64,000 nucleotides of DNA from Octopus vulgaris (GCA_951406725.2 OX597823.1:30442001-30506000); one strand, 5' to 3'; counted from the stretch's first letter, positions 13,905 to 26,361 are shown. Program-made: numbers and translations. The notes: a model not told the origin generated them from the sequence alone.

Positions 13905-14430
13905 TGGTTGATATTTTATTTCATCGACCCCGGAAAAAGAAAAGGAAAGGCTGACCTCGGCAGTATTTGAACTCAGAACGTGAAAAGCAGTAACTAAATA
14001 GCGCAAAGTATTTTGTTTGATGCTCTAACGATTCTGCCAATCTACCGAATTACTGTTTCTCATATAGGTACAAGGCCACGAATTTTATGAGAGAAAAGTC
14101 AATAATATCGAAACTACCACTTGTCAGGTACTTTATATTAAGGACCCTGCAAAGATAAATGACAAAGTTGACAGCAGTGGGATTTGAAGTCGGAAAGTAA
14201 GCTCAAATAACATCGAAATCAACTTTGCCTTTCAGGCACAAAGCCAGATATTCGTAGGAGGAATTGATCGATAAAAATTGATTCTGGTACGTGATTCTAT
14301 CAAACCTGAAGAAATTAAAGGTTTTGATGATCTCGGTGGGATTTGAACTCAAAACTTAAAGGTCGAAAACAAAACAACACTGCAAGGCATTTTAAGAGAG
14401 GCACTAACGATTCTTCTAATCCACCAACTT
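13905..14430 (-). mobile_element. Cluster of three heavily diverged SINE A copies
   Basis: Repeated remnants of GACCTCGGC..GATTTGAACTCA(G)AAC and CTAACGATTCT. Confidence 0.65.
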
Positions 14431-14611
14431 TCATTAATCATAATATTTCTAATGAATATATTTCATGCTGAGGAATTCAAATAGGAATGAAATGATCCTA
14501 TTCGTGGCTATCTATGACTACGATATTTAAGATCTCTGTAATGAGTAGAGAAAAATGTTAAATATGTACATAAGTTGAAGTAGCGATTAGAAATGAACAA
14601 ATTTTAGGTTA

Positions 14612-14751
14612 TAGTAAAGATTGTTTGCCAACATAACATGGCAGTCCTGGTTTAGGACGAATGGAAACATCGTCTCCAGCTAGCTATACGACACGACCTG
14701 TGTCCAATCTTTACTACAAAGTACTGCGAAATTTAAAAATAGTAATTTTCT
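14612..14751. mobile_element. Internally deleted copy of the 8673 fold-back element
   Basis: TAGTAAAGATTGTTTGCCAACATAACATGGCAGTCCTGG..CAATCTTTACTACAAAGTACT..AAAAATAGTAATTTTCT matches 8620-8790 and its complement; AATTTTAGGTTA is directly repeated on both sides. Confidence 0.8.
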
Positions 14752-15345
14752 AATTTTAGGTTAGTTAACAAATGTTTGTGACATAGTTTACCATAGAGAG
14801 AAAATTCTCGCTTATAATAAAGGTTCAGTGGCGCCCGCACTTGGATGCCTAGATACATTTCTGATTCGTTATGCCTTCATGAGTTGAGGATATCAAAGGG
14901 ACATAACTCTGAGCTGACTAGAAAACCGTAGCTTTATCGTAGGTCAGAAGAGGTAAGAGTAAGAGTAAGCCCTGACGAACGGGCGTGCGATGCGAAACGG
15001 GTCTAATAGGTGACCGTTTACGTTGACCACTGGACGCGTACTGCTGTGTCCGATTAAAATATATACATTGGAAGTATCGAGGGAGCTGTGTTTAGAAATA
15101 AACTTTAGGTTAATTCAAAATTCTTCCAGTTTCCGTCTACCAAATAGAACTATGTATGTATGCATGCATGTATGTACGTACATACATACATAATACATAC
15201 ATACATACATACATACATACATACATACATACATACATACATACATACATACATACATACATACATACATACATACATACATACATACATACATACATAC
15301 ATACATAAATACATACATACATACATACATACATACATACATACA

Positions 15346-16616
15346 TGATCTTCAGCAGCAGTTAATTTCTACAACTTTGCTCAGTTTCTCTTCTCTATCC
15401 CAAATCATTATATCAGGTATGTTATGATTATATTTTATTGGGGTCTTCACTGAGACATTCCACCAGTACTCCTTTTTTATTATGAGTGGCTATGGCTTCT
15501 ACCACACTGTAGGTTCTTATTTCTTTGTCTTCGGGGTTATTCTTCCGACGGATTTCCTTATAGAGTGAGTGTCACAGCTACAACATCATATCTCATCGGT
15601 AGATAATGCCGTGATGACATTTTTGGACAACTGTTTATGATGTGGTTGATATCTTTAGTGTGAACGCCACAAAATCTGCATCGGTTGTCACATTTTACGG
15701 CTTTACCTGCATTTCTATCCCGTTTATGCACCTGGTACTTGGTTGATATTTCCTTTTCCTGGATTGCAAACGCATACTCTTCAAATTGGGAGGTAGTAAT
15801 CCGGTTATTGGTCCATGATAGACTGCTTTAATGATCGATGTTACTATCATCTCGGAGCTTTCTACTGATATATCCAGGCATAGTCTTCTGCTCATATAGT
15901 CTCCTTCTGTCATCTAATGATACGTTGCGGTAGAATCGTGCGACTTTTGGGGACATTTATTCTAGGTTATCAGACAAATAATGTTGCTCAAGGAGCTGCC
16001 TTCCAAGTCTCATGATGTTATCAGCCTCATGTATGCAAACTTGGTCAAGGGATGCACTTCGACACTTGACATTTAAAAAAAGATGCCGAAGGGATATGAT
16101 GTGACATTCAAAGTTATTTTGGATCGATGTTAAGCCTCTGCCGCTTTGTTTTCGTTTTAGGTAGAGGTGGTCTACGTCACTGCTTATGTGGAAATTATGT
16201 CTGCTTGTTTGTATTTCTCGGGTTTTCACATCAATGGCTCAGATCTCATCAAGCGTCCAATCAAGCAGCCCAAATGTAGGTATGAGTACTGGCACTGCAA
16301 ACACATTGTGGGTCACTGTTTTATTGAATGCAGAGAGTTCTGAGGTTCAAAGTTTCCTTATTCGACTGTAATATTCTTCAGTGACACGTGTTTTGTTACA
16401 GGTGTCATTGTAAGATATGTTTTCATCCATCCCTAGATACCTGTAGCATTCCTCGTCAAATACAGGGGAAACGGTCAAATCATTGATGGAGATGTTATTA
16501 GTCTGGTTTATAGTCTTCCCCGTTTTCGCAACCATATAACAACATTTTTCCTGACCAAACTCCAACCTTACATCCTTTGAGAATGTTGTAACTAGGTCAA
16601 GGCTCTTTTTCATCCG
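15346..16616 (-). mobile_element. Decayed R4/Dong-clade (RLE-type) non-LTR retrotransposon: RT 3' part, CCHC knuckle and restriction-like endonuclease
   Basis: LEFGQEKC..YRYLGMDE..LSAFNK..LYLKRKQSGRGL; zinc knuckle CRFCGVHTKDINHIINSC followed by RYDVV (RHD-like); HNIPDIMIWDREEKLSKVVEI (PD..E motif). Stops and frameshifts present. Confidence 0.85.
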
Positions 16617-17364
16617 ATGTATCTATGTATGTATATACGTATGTATGTATGTATTTATATGTATTTGCATGTATGCATGTATGTATGTATGTATGTATAT
16701 ATGTATGCATGTATGTATGTATGTATGTATGTATGTATATGTATGTGTATATATGTGTATGTACATATGCTTGTATGTATGTATGTACATATGCATGTGT
16801 GTGTGTATGTGTGTGTGCATGTATGTGTGTATGTGTGTAAAATATTTAATGTTGACTGTTGCGTTCTGTGTGCCAAACGGAAATAAATTCATTGAGTACA
16901 ACAATTTGCATTGAATCATACATAAACTTTGATGACGTCATCGGCCTCTTGAAAGAACACCTCCAGTTAGTAAGAATTATGTTTATATATTCACACGCAC
17001 TCGACCGAACTATTACTACTACTACTACTACTACCACCACCACAGCCGCCGCCGTCGGCACCTACGCCGCCACCACCGCCGTTGCTGCAATACTCCTACG
17101 GCATTTAAAGTGGTTGTACTCCGCAAAGATAACAAAAAGCATCAACCAGAAGGTAAGATTGCAATAACCGACAGCTATAACAATAACAACAAGTATAATG
17201 ATGAACGCGATGCCAGGACAAAATTATTAATTACTTTTGTTAAAAACAACTAACATAACATCACGAAATGTTGTTTCAATGCGCGCGCGCGCATGTGTGC
17301 GTGCGTGTATGTACATGCATATACATCTGTCCGCATGCTTATTGTTTAGACAAGACTAAATGCT

Positions 17365-17445
<81 letters not shown>

Positions 17446-17517
17446 GTACATATATATCCATAAGTATTTGTATATGGTGTATAGCATACGTGTATGTGTG
17501 AACTCATTAACGCAAAT

Positions 17518-17571
<54 letters not shown>

Positions 17572-17588
17572 GTACATATATATATGTG

Positions 17589-17620
<32 letters not shown>

Positions 17621-18292
17621 TATATGTATATACACATACATACATGTGTATGTGTGTGTGTGTGTGTGTGTGTGCGTGCGTACATATCTGTTACAAAGCT
17701 TCACAGTGGGTCGCATGAAAATAAGAATGTTAACAAATGGTTTCTTTACAACTGATTAATGAAACAAGTGGTAGAGACTTCCTTAATGGATCGTTTCGCA
17801 GTTTGTTGAACACTCCTCAGAGCAGACGTACACATCCTCCAATCCCTAAGCAAAAGTATTTATGGCAGCTGCTTATAATTCCTTCATGAATTAGATAAGT
17901 AAATTACTGAATAGTCTAATTTGCATAAATCTTCACTAGACAGCTTGTCATTAATTAAACAATAATTATTAATGCACAACACAGCATTAAACAGAAGAAC
18001 GTAAGTAAATTTATATATTATAAAGCCATGCTACGGGCGAAATAAGTGTAAGAATGTAAGCGCACCCCTTTTATATAAATGATGTACGGGGGATACGAAA
18101 GGAGTCGACTGACGTCTTCTCTGAGGAGTGATGAACAAACTAAGAAAAGGTCTGTTAGGAAACTTCTTTTTTCCGCGTATCATTTGTGTAGATGGAATAT
18201 CTTTACATTCTCATTTAACTCACAGAGAGTGGTTTTAAATATTTGAATTTATATCAGTTCTTTTCAGTTAAGTCATGTTGAGCCTAAATATA

Positions 18293-19159
18293 CGAGGTCT
18301 GATCAATGAGTATCCGGACCGTTGCCATAGTAACGAATCTAAAGCACACAGAGTGATGCCACTTGGCAGACATTGACTTTGAACTCTGCTGTGTATGCGC
18401 ACTAAGTCTTTACGTTCTAGCTCATTTCCGCTGTTTACAGCAGAGCTTGGAAGGAAGGTGTGTAGCGTGTGATCGTGACATTGACCCTGAGAGAGAAATT
18501 TGTCATGGTGATACCTGCTCAGAGACCTGCGCAAAGTTGCAGAGAGTGTATGGAGAGGAGTGTACAAGCCGCACACAAGTGTATGAGTGGTTCAGACATT
18601 TCCAAGATGACCGAAAACCTGTCGATACTGACGAACGTTCTGGGTGACCACAACAAGCAGAACTGAGAAAAACATCGCAGATGTGCGTGCTGTTGTGAGG
18701 GGAAATTGTCGAATCACCATCAGCGAGTTTTCAGAAGATGTGCAAGATTAGTTACAGTTCAGTTCAGTCCGTTATTACAGAAGATTTGAGTATGAGATGC
18801 GTGTCTGCCAAAACTGCTTTCAGCCGACCAAAATGAGACCCGGGTTTCCGTTGCACAAAATCTCCTTGATTGTCGAGAACGATGAAAACTTTTTGAAAAT
18901 TCTGTGTAGGCCTCTGAGCAGGTATCGCCAAGCTTTTGGCAAAATTTGATGCAGATTCGCTTCTCAACTTTCTCTGTTATGGTCAATGCGACGATCATAC
19001 GCTACACATGTTCCTTCAAGCACTGCTGCAAACAGCGAAAGTGAGCTAGAATAGTAAAACTTGGTGCGTAAGCACAACAGAGTTCAAGGTCAATTTGTGC
19101 CAAGCGGCTTCTCTCCCCTTTTACCTTCGTTGCAATGGCAACAGTCCTGGTACTTATTG
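18293..19159 (+). mobile_element. Mariner (Tc1/mariner) relic made of two left ends in inverted orientation
   Basis: TA-CGAGGTCTGATCAA terminus. Plus-strand HTH remnant SETCAKLQRVYGEECTSRTQVYEWFRHFQDDRKPVDTDERSG; minus-strand copy TEKVEKRICIKFCQKLGDTCSEAY; 18900-19159 mirrors 18300-18530. Confidence 0.85.
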
Positions 19160-19334
19160 TTTAATTAATGAAGTTCATTCAAAAGCATAAATGAGCAAAT
19201 TCGCCTATCCACTTACCTGCTAGCGTCATTCATGAACCTTGACCCAACGAAACATCGAGGATATGGTAGTTGGGAACAGAGAGAGAAAGCGACAGAGTGG
19301 GAGAGAGAGGAGTGAGGGCTGCACCAGCAATCAA

Positions 19335-19470
19335 CTGATGCTCATTTTCAAATTAGTAGACTGAAGCAACGTGAAGATCCTTGCTCAAGGACACAATGCA
19401 TAAGCCGGTACAGGTATTGAACGTACGACATTATGACCGTTTATTCAATATCCTAACCCTCGCCGATGCG
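19335..19470 (-). mobile_element. Old CORE-like SINE fragment
   Basis: Minus strand CATTGTGTCCTTGAGCAAGG..TTCACGTTGCTTCAGTCTACT..AAAATGAG resembles the shared core of families D and E. Confidence 0.55.
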
Positions 19471-19597
19471 CTTTCCCCGACCCCTATGGCTGTTTGCTGA
19501 CAACTTTTCCCGCCTTGTAAGAGTAATTTACCCATTATTTCTGTTGTTCTAACGGCGATGCTGCGTTCGAAAATAAGTCCCCTTCTTGTTTTGTTTG

Positions 19598-19657
<60 letters not shown>

Positions 19658-19893
19658 GTGGTTCAAAGTTTCCTTATTCGACTGTAATATTCTTCAGTGA
19701 CACATGTTTTGTTACAGGTGTCCTTGTAAGATATGTTTTCATCCATCCCTAGATACCTGTAGCATTCCTCGTCAAATACAGGGGAAACGGTCAAATCATT
19801 GATGGAGATGTTACTAGTCTGGTTTATAGTCTTCCCCGTTTTCGCAACCATATAACAACATTTATCCTGACCAAACTCCAACCTTACATCCTT
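19658..19893 (-). mobile_element. Second short fragment of the R4/Dong-like LINE
   Basis: Near-identical to 16343-16577 (EFGQDKCCYMVAKTGK..YRYLGMDENISY); bounded by TA-rich repeats. Confidence 0.9.
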
Positions 19894-19924
19894 ACATCTA
19901 TATATATTTATATCACCGGTGATG

Positions 19925-19977
<53 letters not shown>

Positions 19978-20151
19978 CAGAAGAAAGAAGAAGAAGAAGA
20001 AGAAGAAGAAGAAGAAGAAGAAGAAGAAGAAGAAGAAGAAGAAGAAGAAGAAGAAGAAGAAGAAGAAGAAGAAGAAGAAGAAGAAGAAGAAGAAGAAAAT
20101 GGAGATTGGGAAGTTAATAATTGTTTATTATTAACAGCAAATCAATCATCA

Positions 20152-20235
20152 TCCCTTACAGCTGTTTCGATTAATACTCAGTGAATTAATTAAATATTAA
20201 ATTCATATGCTCTGAGCATAATATCCTCAGAAGGA
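20152..20235 (-). ncRNA. Minimal type I hammerhead ribozyme motif (Penelope-type)
   Basis: TCCTT-CTGAGGA-[long stem II ATTATGCTCAG..CTGAGTATTAAT]-GAAAC-AGCT-GTA-AGGGA. Stem I TCCTT/AGGGA, palindromic stem III ACAGCTGT, GUA cleavage triplet; base of stem II imperfect. Confidence 0.7.
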
Positions 20236-20492
20236 AAAAAAGTATACCCTTGGATATTTTATATGCGTTTATGGATTCATTATACCATTATGTATATACA
20301 CACACACGTATACACGTATATACATGGATAATGTGTACATGTGCGTGTGTATACACAAACACACACACACAAAGAAACAGACAAACAAATAAACAATCAA
20401 GCAAACAAATAAACAGTCAAATAAACAAAAAAATAAAGTAGGAGTTTGAATTTTCAAAGAATCAAACAGAATTCGTAGCAAACACTCCCGCA

Positions 20493-20533
<41 letters not shown>

Positions 20534-20556
20534 GAGAGAGAGAGAGAGATACGTAG

Positions 20557-20587
<31 letters not shown>

Positions 20588-21060
20588 TGTATATGTATGT
20601 ATGTATGTAAATATGTATGTATGTATGTAAGTCCACATTCATACTTAATTTCTTTAGATAGAATCAACCAATTGTAGCTCAGTTATTCAATGGAAAATTA
20701 TCAACTATCCCTCGTTTATTTCGACAGAGACATTTCATTATAGATTACTAAAGAATAATTATTCGAATTTCCTATTCTTAATTAAAGCATTCAATGACTT
20801 CTCAAACAATAATATTTCTCATAATAGTGGTCATAAAAATCAGATTTGATAACCCTCTTTAGTATCACGTTCTGAACTGCTTCACCTTTCTTGCCATTGA
20901 CCTCGCCCTATTATACTGTACATAATAATTTAACATATCTATAACGTTATTTTTATTTCCTCATAAAATGATTAATTATTCCGATACATTTTAATTCAGT
21001 TTTCTTTATTCACAATAACTCTGAAAATATATCTTGTAACTTATACCGCTTTTTATAATA

Positions 21061-21592
21061 CATCTCTCCTCGTTTATCACGGCGGGGTTTGGCAAAAAAA
21101 CAAAACAGAGTGATAAATGAATCAGTGATCAATGAATCATCTTCACGCACTTTATAAATGGAACACATGATAGATTCATTGTCACCAAACACGCGGCCCA
21201 CACCTGCAAGGCTCCCACTGTTAAGTATTTTCTTATTCATTTCTACCTTTTCCAGTTGTGAATGGACTCATCTGCGTCTTTTGTTAGAATCTGGTGCCTT
21301 CTTATTTTTTCTGTTCATTTGTCTCATATTGACGGGTACGAATACGTAAATCCGTATTAAAAAATACGCAGCCTCGCAACACGAACACGCGGAAGTACAA
21401 GCGACAGGCAGTGCATTCTGGGTAATTGAGCATTGCTGGTATTCGACTTTGAGACACAAGCACAGTCCTCGACAAATCGCTGATCTATGTTATCACAGAC
21501 TAATCCGTAATAAGTGTAACATGCTTTAAACTGAAAGTACCGTGTTATCCTGGATAAGTGAAGAATGAATCAGTGATAAACGAGGAAAGATG
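21061..21592. mobile_element. pogo/Tc1-like MITE
   Basis: TIRs CATCTCTCCTCGTTTATCAC / GTGATAAACGAGGAAAGATG flanked by TA on both sides. Confidence 0.75.
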
Positions 21593-21824
21593 TATATTGA
21601 GAATATGTCCCATCCTCGTAACACATCTGTTATCTAACTTACACTTTTATTATTTCATTTAGTGATTCTTCTCTTACAAATGTGAACTTCTACAGTGACA
21701 CACTGCATATAATAGACATTACGGCCGTTATAAAACCCAGATCTTTCCTTCTCTCTACCTCCCACTCTCTCTCTCTTTCTCGTGCGCGCACTTTCCAAAG
21801 TGTTTTACTTTAATGTAAATAATG

Positions 21825-22211
21825 GTTTCTGAATTTGACACAAGGTCAACAGTTTTGATAGGAGGGGCTTAATCGATAGCATTGACTGCGGTATTTGATT
21901 GGAACTTAGATTTCTTCAACCCCGAAAGGATGAAAGGCAAGGTAGACCTCGGCGAGATTTCAAGTAAAAGAAATACTGCAGAACACTTTGTCAGACGTCC
22001 CCGCGATTTTATCAGTCCACCGCCCTAATGGTATCTAATTGAGGCAAAAGACCGGCATTTTTATAGGAAGAAACTAGTCAATTACTTCGACCCCAGTGTT
22101 TTACTGGCACTTATTTTATCGACCCCAGACGGGATGAAAGACAAGATTGACAGAATTGGAACTTAAGGAGCAAGAAAAACGCCCCCTTAGCATTTTTCTG
22201 GCGCGCTAACA
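21825..22211 (-). mobile_element. Two diverged SINE A copies (tail-1-like)
   Basis: CCCGAAAGGATGAAAGGCAA and GACCCCAGTG..TTATCGACCCC remnants. Confidence 0.7.
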
Positions 22212-22765
22212 ATTCTTTTCTACTCTAGGCACAAGGTCCGAAATTTAGGGGGATAGGGGCCAGTCGATTAGATCGACCCCAGAACGCAACTTGTTCTTAA
22301 TTTATCAACCCCGAAAGAACAGGAATTTGAACTCAGAACGTAAAGACAGACGAAATACCTATTTCTTTACTACCCACAAGGGGCTAAACACAGAACGGAC
22401 AAACAAGGATAGACAAACGGATTAAGTCGATTACATCGACCCCTGTGCGTAACAGGTACTTAATTTATTGACCCCGAAAGGATGAAAGGCAAAGTCGACC
22501 TCGGCGGAATTTGAACTCAGAACGTAACAGCTGACGAAATACCTATTTCTTTATTACCCACAAGGGGCTAAACACAGAGGGGACAGACATAGGTATTAAG
22601 TCGATTACATCGACCCCAGTGCGTAACTGGTACTTAATTTATCGACCCCGAAAGGATGAAAGGCAAAGTCGACCTCGGCGGAATTTGAACTCACAACATA
22701 ACGCAGACGAAATACCGCTAAGCATTTGGCCCGGTGTGCTAGCGTTTCTGCCAGCTCGCAGCCTT
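22212..22765 (-). mobile_element. SINE A trimeric array: one head, two tail-2 units, terminal headless tail-1 unit
   Basis: Junctions GAAATACCTATTTCTTT at 22352-22368 and 22536-22552; single head at 22715-22765; tail-1 at 22212-22270. Confidence 0.92.
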
Positions 22766-23149
22766 CTTCAACGCAGATAATGCTTTCTATTACACTGGTC
22801 TACAAAGTTTTTGGTGTTTAGGATATAGACATCATTCCTATACAAAATCGGTCTCCTGAATCCAAATATAATTTTCTTTCTGACCTATCAGATCTAGTTT
22901 TTAAGTTATTGAACATTTCTATGGTTACTATGTATGTGTGTACGTCCAGTACGCCGTGTTCGTTACCGTATTCTAATTTTTTTTTCTTTTTCCATACTTT
23001 TTAGATGCTGTGGTAAACTAGACAATAGAAAATCTGCCGGTCAAAGCGAAAAGATCCACTAGATCTGATAGGCAAAAACTGAAGAAATGTTTGAAATTTA
23101 GGAAGTCATTGAAATATTCCAGGCATCAGGCACTTTTTTTTGCTGCTCA

Positions 23150-23357
23150 GTGTTATAGAAAAAAGGCCCGATATTTTGCGACAGAGGCTAGTCGATTACA
23201 TCAACCCCAGCGTTTAGCTGGTACTTATTTTATCGATCTCGAAAGGATAAAAGGCAAAGTCGACCTCGGCAGAATTTGAAATCAGAATGTAAAGACGGAC
23301 AAAATACTACTAAGCATATTGTCCGGCGCGATAACGATTTTGCCAGCTCGCTGCCTC
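23150..23357 (-). mobile_element. SINE A (tail-1-like, diverged)
   Basis: Core AAAGGCAAAGTCGACCTCGGC and head TGCCAGCTCGCTGCC. Confidence 0.8.
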
Positions 23358-23775
23358 CTCTAATGTAAATAATGAATCGAATTACATTTGACGAATTAAC
23401 AGTGACGTAAGACCGTCTGGTAGAACGTTTCGCCGTATTTGATTCAACTCGCTGCACTCTGAGTTCAAGTTTCACCCGTGTCAACTTTATTGTTCATCAT
23501 TTTAAGGTTGATAAAGTTCCAGTTAAGTGCAAATGAAGTTCCAATCGAAGACTTTTGATTCGTGGGTCTGTAAGAACTATTTAGGAGTCCTGAAATTAGG
23601 CTGGACCATGAATCTTATGCAGAAGTTGTTTGAGATTTAAATAGGATATTCAAATTCACATTTAAAATTAAAATCGTATCTTTAAAAAGATAGTACACGG
23701 TTTCAAATACAGTAGAAGATATAAAGTAATTTATTTTTTCATTGCTTCATGTTTAAATTTGTGTATATTATCAGT

Positions 23776-24149
23776 TGTGGAGGCGCAATGGCCTAGTTGT
23801 TAGGGCAGCGGACTCGCGGTCGTGGGATCGCGGTTTCGATTTCCAGACCAGGCATTGTGAGTATTTATTGAGCGAAAACACCTAAAGCTCCACCAGGCTC
23901 CGGCAGGAGGTGGTGGCGAACCCTGCTGTACTCTTCCACCACAACTTTCACTTTTTCTTCCTGTTTCCGTTGTACCTGTATTTCAAAGGGCCAACCTTGT
24001 CACACTCTGTGTCACACGGAATCTCCTGGAGAACTACATTAAGGGTACACGTGTCTGTGGAGTGCTCAGCCACCTGCACGTTAATTTCACGAGCAGGCTG
24101 TTTCGTTGATCGGATCAACTTGAACCCACGTCGTCGTAACCGACGGAGC
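23776..24149 (+). mobile_element. tRNA-derived SINE family C
   Basis: Head GGCGCAATGGCCTAGTTGTTAGGGCAGCGGACTCGCGG..GGTTTCGATTTCC (A/B boxes); 3' module TGTATTTCAAAGGGCC..GTCTGTGGAGTGCTCAGCCAC..GTAACCGACGGAG; four copies in window. Confidence 0.88.
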
Positions 24150-24188
24150 CCCATGATATTATTAATTCATGTCTACATAAAGTGCTTA

Positions 24189-24509
24189 GTGAAGGTGCAT
24201 GGCTTAGTGGTTAATTTGGCTCATGATCATAAGGTCGTGTGTTCAATTCCCGGCGACGCGTTGTGTCCTTGAGCAAGACACTTTATTTCACGTTACTCCA
24301 GTCCACTCTGCTGGCAAAAATGAGTAGTACTTGTATTTCAAAGAGCCAGCCATTTCACAATCTGTGTCACGCTGAATCTCCCTGAGAACTACGTTAATGG
24401 TACACGTGTCTGTGGAGTGCTCAGCCACTTGCACGTTAATTTCACGAGCAAGTTGTTCCGTTGATCGTATCAGCTGGGACCCTCGTCGTCGTAACTGACG
24501 GAGTGCTCC
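24189..24509 (+). mobile_element. tRNA-derived CORE-like SINE family D
   Basis: Head TGGCTTAGTGG..GTTCAATTCCC, core TGTGTCCTTGAGCAAGACACTTTATTTCACG, and the 3' module shared with family C. Confidence 0.88.
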
Positions 24510-25023
24510 AAAGTGTTCTAACAGTATTGTAGCAATAACAGGAGATAATCAAATTTCACACAAAATATAGAGAGAGTATATAAAGGAATGCTGTTTATAT
24601 TAAAAATTCTAATTAAAATATATCTTCAAAACATTATTACGCGGTTTCAAATACCATGGAAGATTAAAAATAATGGATGCTTTCGTTGTTCCATGTTTAA
24701 ATCGCTTTTTTCCCATTTCTAAAATATTCAGGTATTTTACTGTAACCGACCGTTTATTCTTATAACGTTTCAAATACATTTAAACACTATGCAAATTAAG
24801 TCCGATTCATTGGACGTAAGTCTTAAGAATTTTAGAAATATAAGCGATCCGGTAGAATCGCTCGAACGTCGGAAAAAGTATTTGTTGGTATTTCTTCCTC
24901 TCGGAGTTGGTAAAATAAATCACATGTCAAGTACAAGAGTCGATGATTCCGACTAAGTACCCTCTCCTCAAAAATGATGGTCTTGTGCTAAATCAGAAAC
25001 TATTTTAGAACTATGAACAAATC

Positions 25024-25405
25024 AGGCGCAGGTGTGGACGTGTGGTAAGAAGTTTGCTTCCCAAACCATATGGTTCAGGGTTCAGTCCTATTGCATGGCG
25101 CCTTGGGCAAGTGTCTTCTACTACAGCCTTGGACCGACCAAAGCCTTGTAAGTGGATTTGGTAGAAAGGAAACTGAAAGTCCCTTCTATATATATATGTG
25201 TGTGTGTCACTACCCTGCTTGACAACCGATGCTGATGTGCTTACGTCCATGAAACATAGCGGTTCAGCAAAAGACACTGATTGAATAAGTACCAGGCTTA
25301 AAAAAAAAAAAAAGCAAGTACTGAAGTCGATACACTTAACCAAAACTCCTTCAAGGCGGTGCCCCAGCATGGCCGCAAAAGAAATTAAAATGTGAAACAA
25401 GACAA
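25024..25405 (+). mobile_element. SINE family B, near full length
   Basis: Head, CCTTGGGCAAGTGTCTTCTAC (CORE-like), internal TA/TG tract, tail GGCGGTGCCCCAGCATGGCCGC. Confidence 0.88.
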
Positions 25406-25522
25406 AAAATATTTTTTTCTACCTTCCATTGTATTTGAAACCGTTTGCTTACTATTCGAAGACACGGCCTTTAAATGTGGAATTTTCACAATGATAGGAT
25501 TCCAAATAAGTACTCTGTGGAT

Positions 25523-25895
25523 GGAAGCACTCCGTCGGTTACGACGATGAAGGTTCCGGTTGATCCGATCAACGGAACAGCCTGCTCGTGAAATTAACGT
25601 GTAAGTGGCTGAGCATTCCACAGACAACTGTACCCTTAACGTAGTTATCGGGGATATTCAGCGTGACACAGAGAGTGACAAGGCCGGCCCTTTGAAATAC
25701 AGGTACAACAGAAACAGGAAGTAAGAGTGAGAGAAAGTTGTGGTGAAAGAGTACAGCAGGGATCACCACCATCTCTGCCGGAGCCTCATGGAGCTTTAGG
25801 TGTTTTCGCTCAATAAACACTCACAACGCTCGGTCTGGAAATCGAAACCGCGATCCTACGACCGCGAGTCCGCTGCCCTAACCACTGGGCCATTG
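25523..25895 (-). mobile_element. SINE family C
   Basis: Reverse complement of 23776-24149 along its full length. Confidence 0.9.
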
Positions 25896-26310
25896 TAGGT
25901 ATGTCTATATAAGAATTATGTGTCGTCTATGAGAAATTTTGTGTGTGCAACAGAAATAGATAAAAAGGAAGTCTAAAAGTGAAAGAGAACAATGTTCCTA
26001 TGTCTCACACTAACACGTCTACTCAATTACGACTCCATAACAACTTGCAGTCTTTCTACATCTCCCTTTCTAATTAATTTCTGTTTTGTCCCAAGGAGAC
26101 TTCAAGCCTGGTTTTGTTTTGTTCGCAAATTATTCTGGGTTGAATCTGGATCTCCCGGCGAAATACGGTAGCCATTAGTTGAGAAATGGCGGTATTGTTT
26201 CAAGAAAGACAAACCTCACACGCTTATATATGTGTTTGTGTGTGCATGTACGCCTTTGTATGCATGTGTGTGTTTACACACACACACACACACACATATA
26301 TATGATATAG

Positions 26311-26361
<51 letters not shown>

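Noticed and set aside
14462-14500. CTGAGGA-ATTC..GAAT-GAAA motif
   Set aside because: Stems I and III cannot form; likely chance.
14966-15010. Hammerhead-like CTGACGA..GAAACGGGTC
   Set aside because: No stem I pairing and a poor stem II; not supportable.
16931-16942. 12 bp CRE palindrome GATGACGTCATC
   Set aside because: Isolated motif between microsatellites with no supporting context.
22212-22765. Regularly spaced repeats resembling a CRISPR array
   Set aside because: Units are about 185 bp SINE bodies with no unique spacers and no cas genes, in a eukaryotic context.
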